Translations under genes and position numbers: made by a program
DNA from: Podarcis gaigeae
Lineage: Eukaryota
Assembly (NCBI GenBank): GCA_964106915.2
Contig: OZ066927.1
Strand: one strand, 5' to 3'
DNA length: 64,000 bases
The notes under the pieces: model-generated
Told to the model about the DNA's origin: nothing
Database searches by the model: none
What the model saw: only the letters and a program-made list of their open reading frames with translations
Shown here: positions 1 to 64,000 of the stretch, piece after piece
Layout of the letters: each line of letters begins with the position of its first letter
Position numbering within the stretch: position 1 is the first letter of the stretch

Positions 1-422
1 CGGAAGAGGAGAGACTATCCTTCTCTCTCTCCCTCCCTCCCTCCCCCCCCAATAGTTGAGTCTTTGCATTCCCCTTGTGTGTTTGAGGGCAGAGCTATAT
101 AAGTTACACATGTGATTTGGGTTAGAGCAAAGCAGCTGGGAGGGGGCTGCTATGGAGTGGGAAAGCAGGGGGAAGTGATTAACTTCACAACCTTTCACCA
201 CCCTTCACCACCTAACCCTTCACCACCACTCAGGTGCGTGCTGAACCTCACAAATGTGTGAAACCCCCCCCTTCTCACTTTGAAGGTGATAAAGCACTAT
301 GTTTTCATCAATTGCCATAGAATACTGGCTGGTGGGAAAAGAGTTGACATCTCAGCCCAGCCATTGCACTCCTTCCCTTGAAGATGCTATGTCTCTATTG
401 CTAGGCCCCTTGCAGAGGGTTA

Positions 423-753
423 CCATATTGGCCTGAATATAAGCCTCACTTTTTACCCAAATTTCAACCGTGAAAAGTTGAAGTGCGGCCTATATATGCG
501 ACATTACGGTATGCAGCCAGGAGCGCAGCAAACTGGCACCTGTCCCGTGCCTAGTCCCCTGTCCGCTCCCCTAAGGCTGGGAGGGGAGAGAGCGAGGGAG
601 GGGAAAGCTCCAACCCCACCCCCCATACAGCCAGGAGCAGCAAGGAATGGAGCAGCTTATATTCGGGTATTTTTTTCTTTTTTTTCTTCCTCCCCAATCA
701 ATTTTAAAGGTGTGGCTTATATTCAGATGCGGCTTATATTCGGGCCAATACGG
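423..753. mobile_element. Tc1/mariner-superfamily (Tc2/pogo-like) MITE
   Basis: TIRs CCATATTGGCCTGAATATAAGCC...GGCTTATATTCGGGCCAATACGG; TA on both sides; subterminal GCTTATATTC repeats. Confidence 0.85.
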
Positions 754-2474
754 TAGTTCATATGCTGCTTTTTCATGCTGGACTGTGCTAGTAAAGCTCA
801 GATATCAAAATAAATATCAAAATACAACACATGTGCTTTGTTACGCAGTTCTACGTTTCACTTACAGTTCTCCCTTGTGAGAAGGTGTTCTTAAGGACTG
901 TAATCTTGTTCTGGAGTCAAACAGACTTGAGCAACCAGGCTGGAGTTTGTGTCCTGTCTCAAGCTGCTTTTCTCACAGGTGGCAAGCTTCAGTTCTGAGG
1001 AGAGATCCTTCAGTCTCTTAGTCTGAATGGGTTCTGCCACCATGACTGTCCTGTCAGTGCAGATGGTTGCAGAATTCCAGCAGCAGTCTGGCCTCCCCTC
1101 ATAAGCTTATTGGGCTTCTAACTTTTTCTGCTGCTCTCCTAGTCTGTAACAGGCATCCCACAATCTCAGTCAGGCCTAAAAAGCTTTGCAAGATCTGGTG
1201 CTATTCTCCTGATAGCTAAGAGCAACACTCACTGCTTTCTTTTTTCCACTTCCCAAATTCTGAAAAGGGAGGCCTTTTAGTTTTCATCTGGGCATTGGCT
1301 CCTGAATGGCTCAGCTGTCACCGCCATCAATCATAGGGAATTATTTTTTTACAGTGTTCCTCATATTGGAGAAGCTTATTGAATCATTCCATAAATTATT
1401 AACACTGAATCAACAAGTTGCTTCAATATATTTTATGTTCACACAAAACACTTCTGGATTTGCCATAGAGATGTCCTGAGTGGTGCCACGGTTCCATGGA
1501 TATCCTCCAAATGTAGCAATTTCGCACAATATGGAAGTTATGCTTGTTTGCCTTAGTTGCTTTTTTTATTATTAGCAGCATGACATCATCTTGCCGTTAT
1601 TATCCCAAGACAATGGGCTGCTGTGTGCAACACTGAGTGTTGATTGTGCCTGTGTTGGGTGTGTGTCTGTGTGTTGAATAGCAAAACGTTAAACGTTGCT
1701 ATCACTCATGCAGCACCAGTCATCCAAACACAATATGCATATCCTGATACTAATGTATAGGGCTGCAATGCTGAATTGCTTACATGAGTCAGTAGAAAAG
1801 CATATTGATCAACTAAGGAAGTCGACTTTGAGAGTTGGAAAAACTGCAGATGGCGAGTGTCATCCCAAAAGAGACACTTCATCTTCTGGCTTGCACAGGA
1901 GGAGATGCCTCTTCCAAAATGGCAGCTGTTGTGACATATCACATGGGCATCATCTTAAAAACAAAGGAAGTGTGTATTTTGTGCCTGAACTGTTCTGCTC
2001 CTATGCAAATTCGTGCATATTTTATTATTTCACTAATTGACTATAATTTCATTTAAAAGAACTGGGGGAAGGGGAAGCATTGTACACAGAAGGCCCCAGG
2101 ATGAAACCCAAATAGCATCACCAACTGAAAGGGTTGGGAAGCAGCAGGCGATGGAACAGAATCTCCACAGCCCTGAGACCCCCCTCCCCCCAGAGAGATG
2201 CAGCTGGTCAGGGCAGAGGGTGGTGGGGACTGGATGGATAAAGGGTTTGATCTGGTTTAGGGCAGCTTCCACATGTACTTCTATAATGTTCCTGTATAAT
2301 TAAACAGCTAAGATTTATTTTGCTCGGTAACCACTCTACTATCAATGTTTTGAGCCTGCAAGCTGAAATGTGCACACATTCACACATGGGCTGCAATATA
2401 GAAAAGCAGAGGGTGGACTAATTGGGTGAAGAGGGAGTTTGCATCATAAATTGATTTTTTTTTAAAGCATTGTG

Positions 2475-63508
<61,034 letters not shown>

Positions 63509-64000
63509 TCCTGCAGCCCCCTCAAGAGGCCCTTGCGACCGTAAAGGTGCTGCCGGTTGTGCTTTTCCAGCTGCTGTGGTCTCCTTGTAAAGCTACAGTT
63601 CTGTGCAGCATTGATAATAGACAGCAGTCGCTCCATCAGTGAAACTGAAAGGCAAAAGATGGAAGAGGGGGAAGTCCCCACGTTTACTCTCCAAAAAGCC
63701 AAAGCCGATGTGTCAGCTGCCCACGATACCAAACCAAGGAATTATTTATTTTATTGAATGCTTTTTTCTCATGAAGGAAGAAGAGTGTGTTTAAATTCCA
63801 TTCTTTTTTAAAAAAATGCCTGAAAATAGCAAGGTGCTCTGTGAGGACTTTGGAAGAGTTACACACTTTTTACAAGTGCCTTTAGTTGCTCTGGTGACTT
63901 TCTTCTAAATTATGTAACAAAATAATGGCATTATTATGCACATTTCCTCTGTTGATGACTTTGCGGAGGATCGCAGTAATAAGTTATGCTGCTACCTGCC
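63509..64000 (+). other. MYO1E: MYO1E 3' UTR (continues beyond window)
   Basis: Follows the TAA; U-rich; I found no AATAAA before the window end. Confidence 0.8.

Overview
Vertebrate genomic DNA, almost certainly a squamate and probably a lacertid lizard, judged from Sauria-type and Squam3-type SINEs. The + strand carries most of one protein-coding gene, MYO1E (long-tailed class I myosin). I traced 26 coding exons from 2498 to the TAA at 63506-63508, equivalent to human exons 3-28; exons 1-2 lie upstream of the window. All internal introns are GT-AG and frame-consistent. The spliced CDS here is 3183 nt (1060 codons plus stop) and covers the motor domain, IQ, TH1, TH2 and SH3. The introns are dense with decayed transposons: SINEs, CR1, L2, RTE and RTE-X-like LINEs, Tc1/mariner-type and hAT-type MITEs, and probable solo LTRs. 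There are also microsatellites and a 129-nt N gap. I see no prokaryotic-type system and no second intact gene, and I cannot support a wholly new biological system. The best leads concern splicing: a U12-type branch point before the first exon, two palindromic MITEs bracketing the SH3 exon (skipping it would give an NMD-escaping, SH3-less isoform), an inverted SINE pair around exons 24-25, and acceptors built from microsatellites or LINE tails. Human comparisons are from my recall of the MYO1E protein, not from a search.
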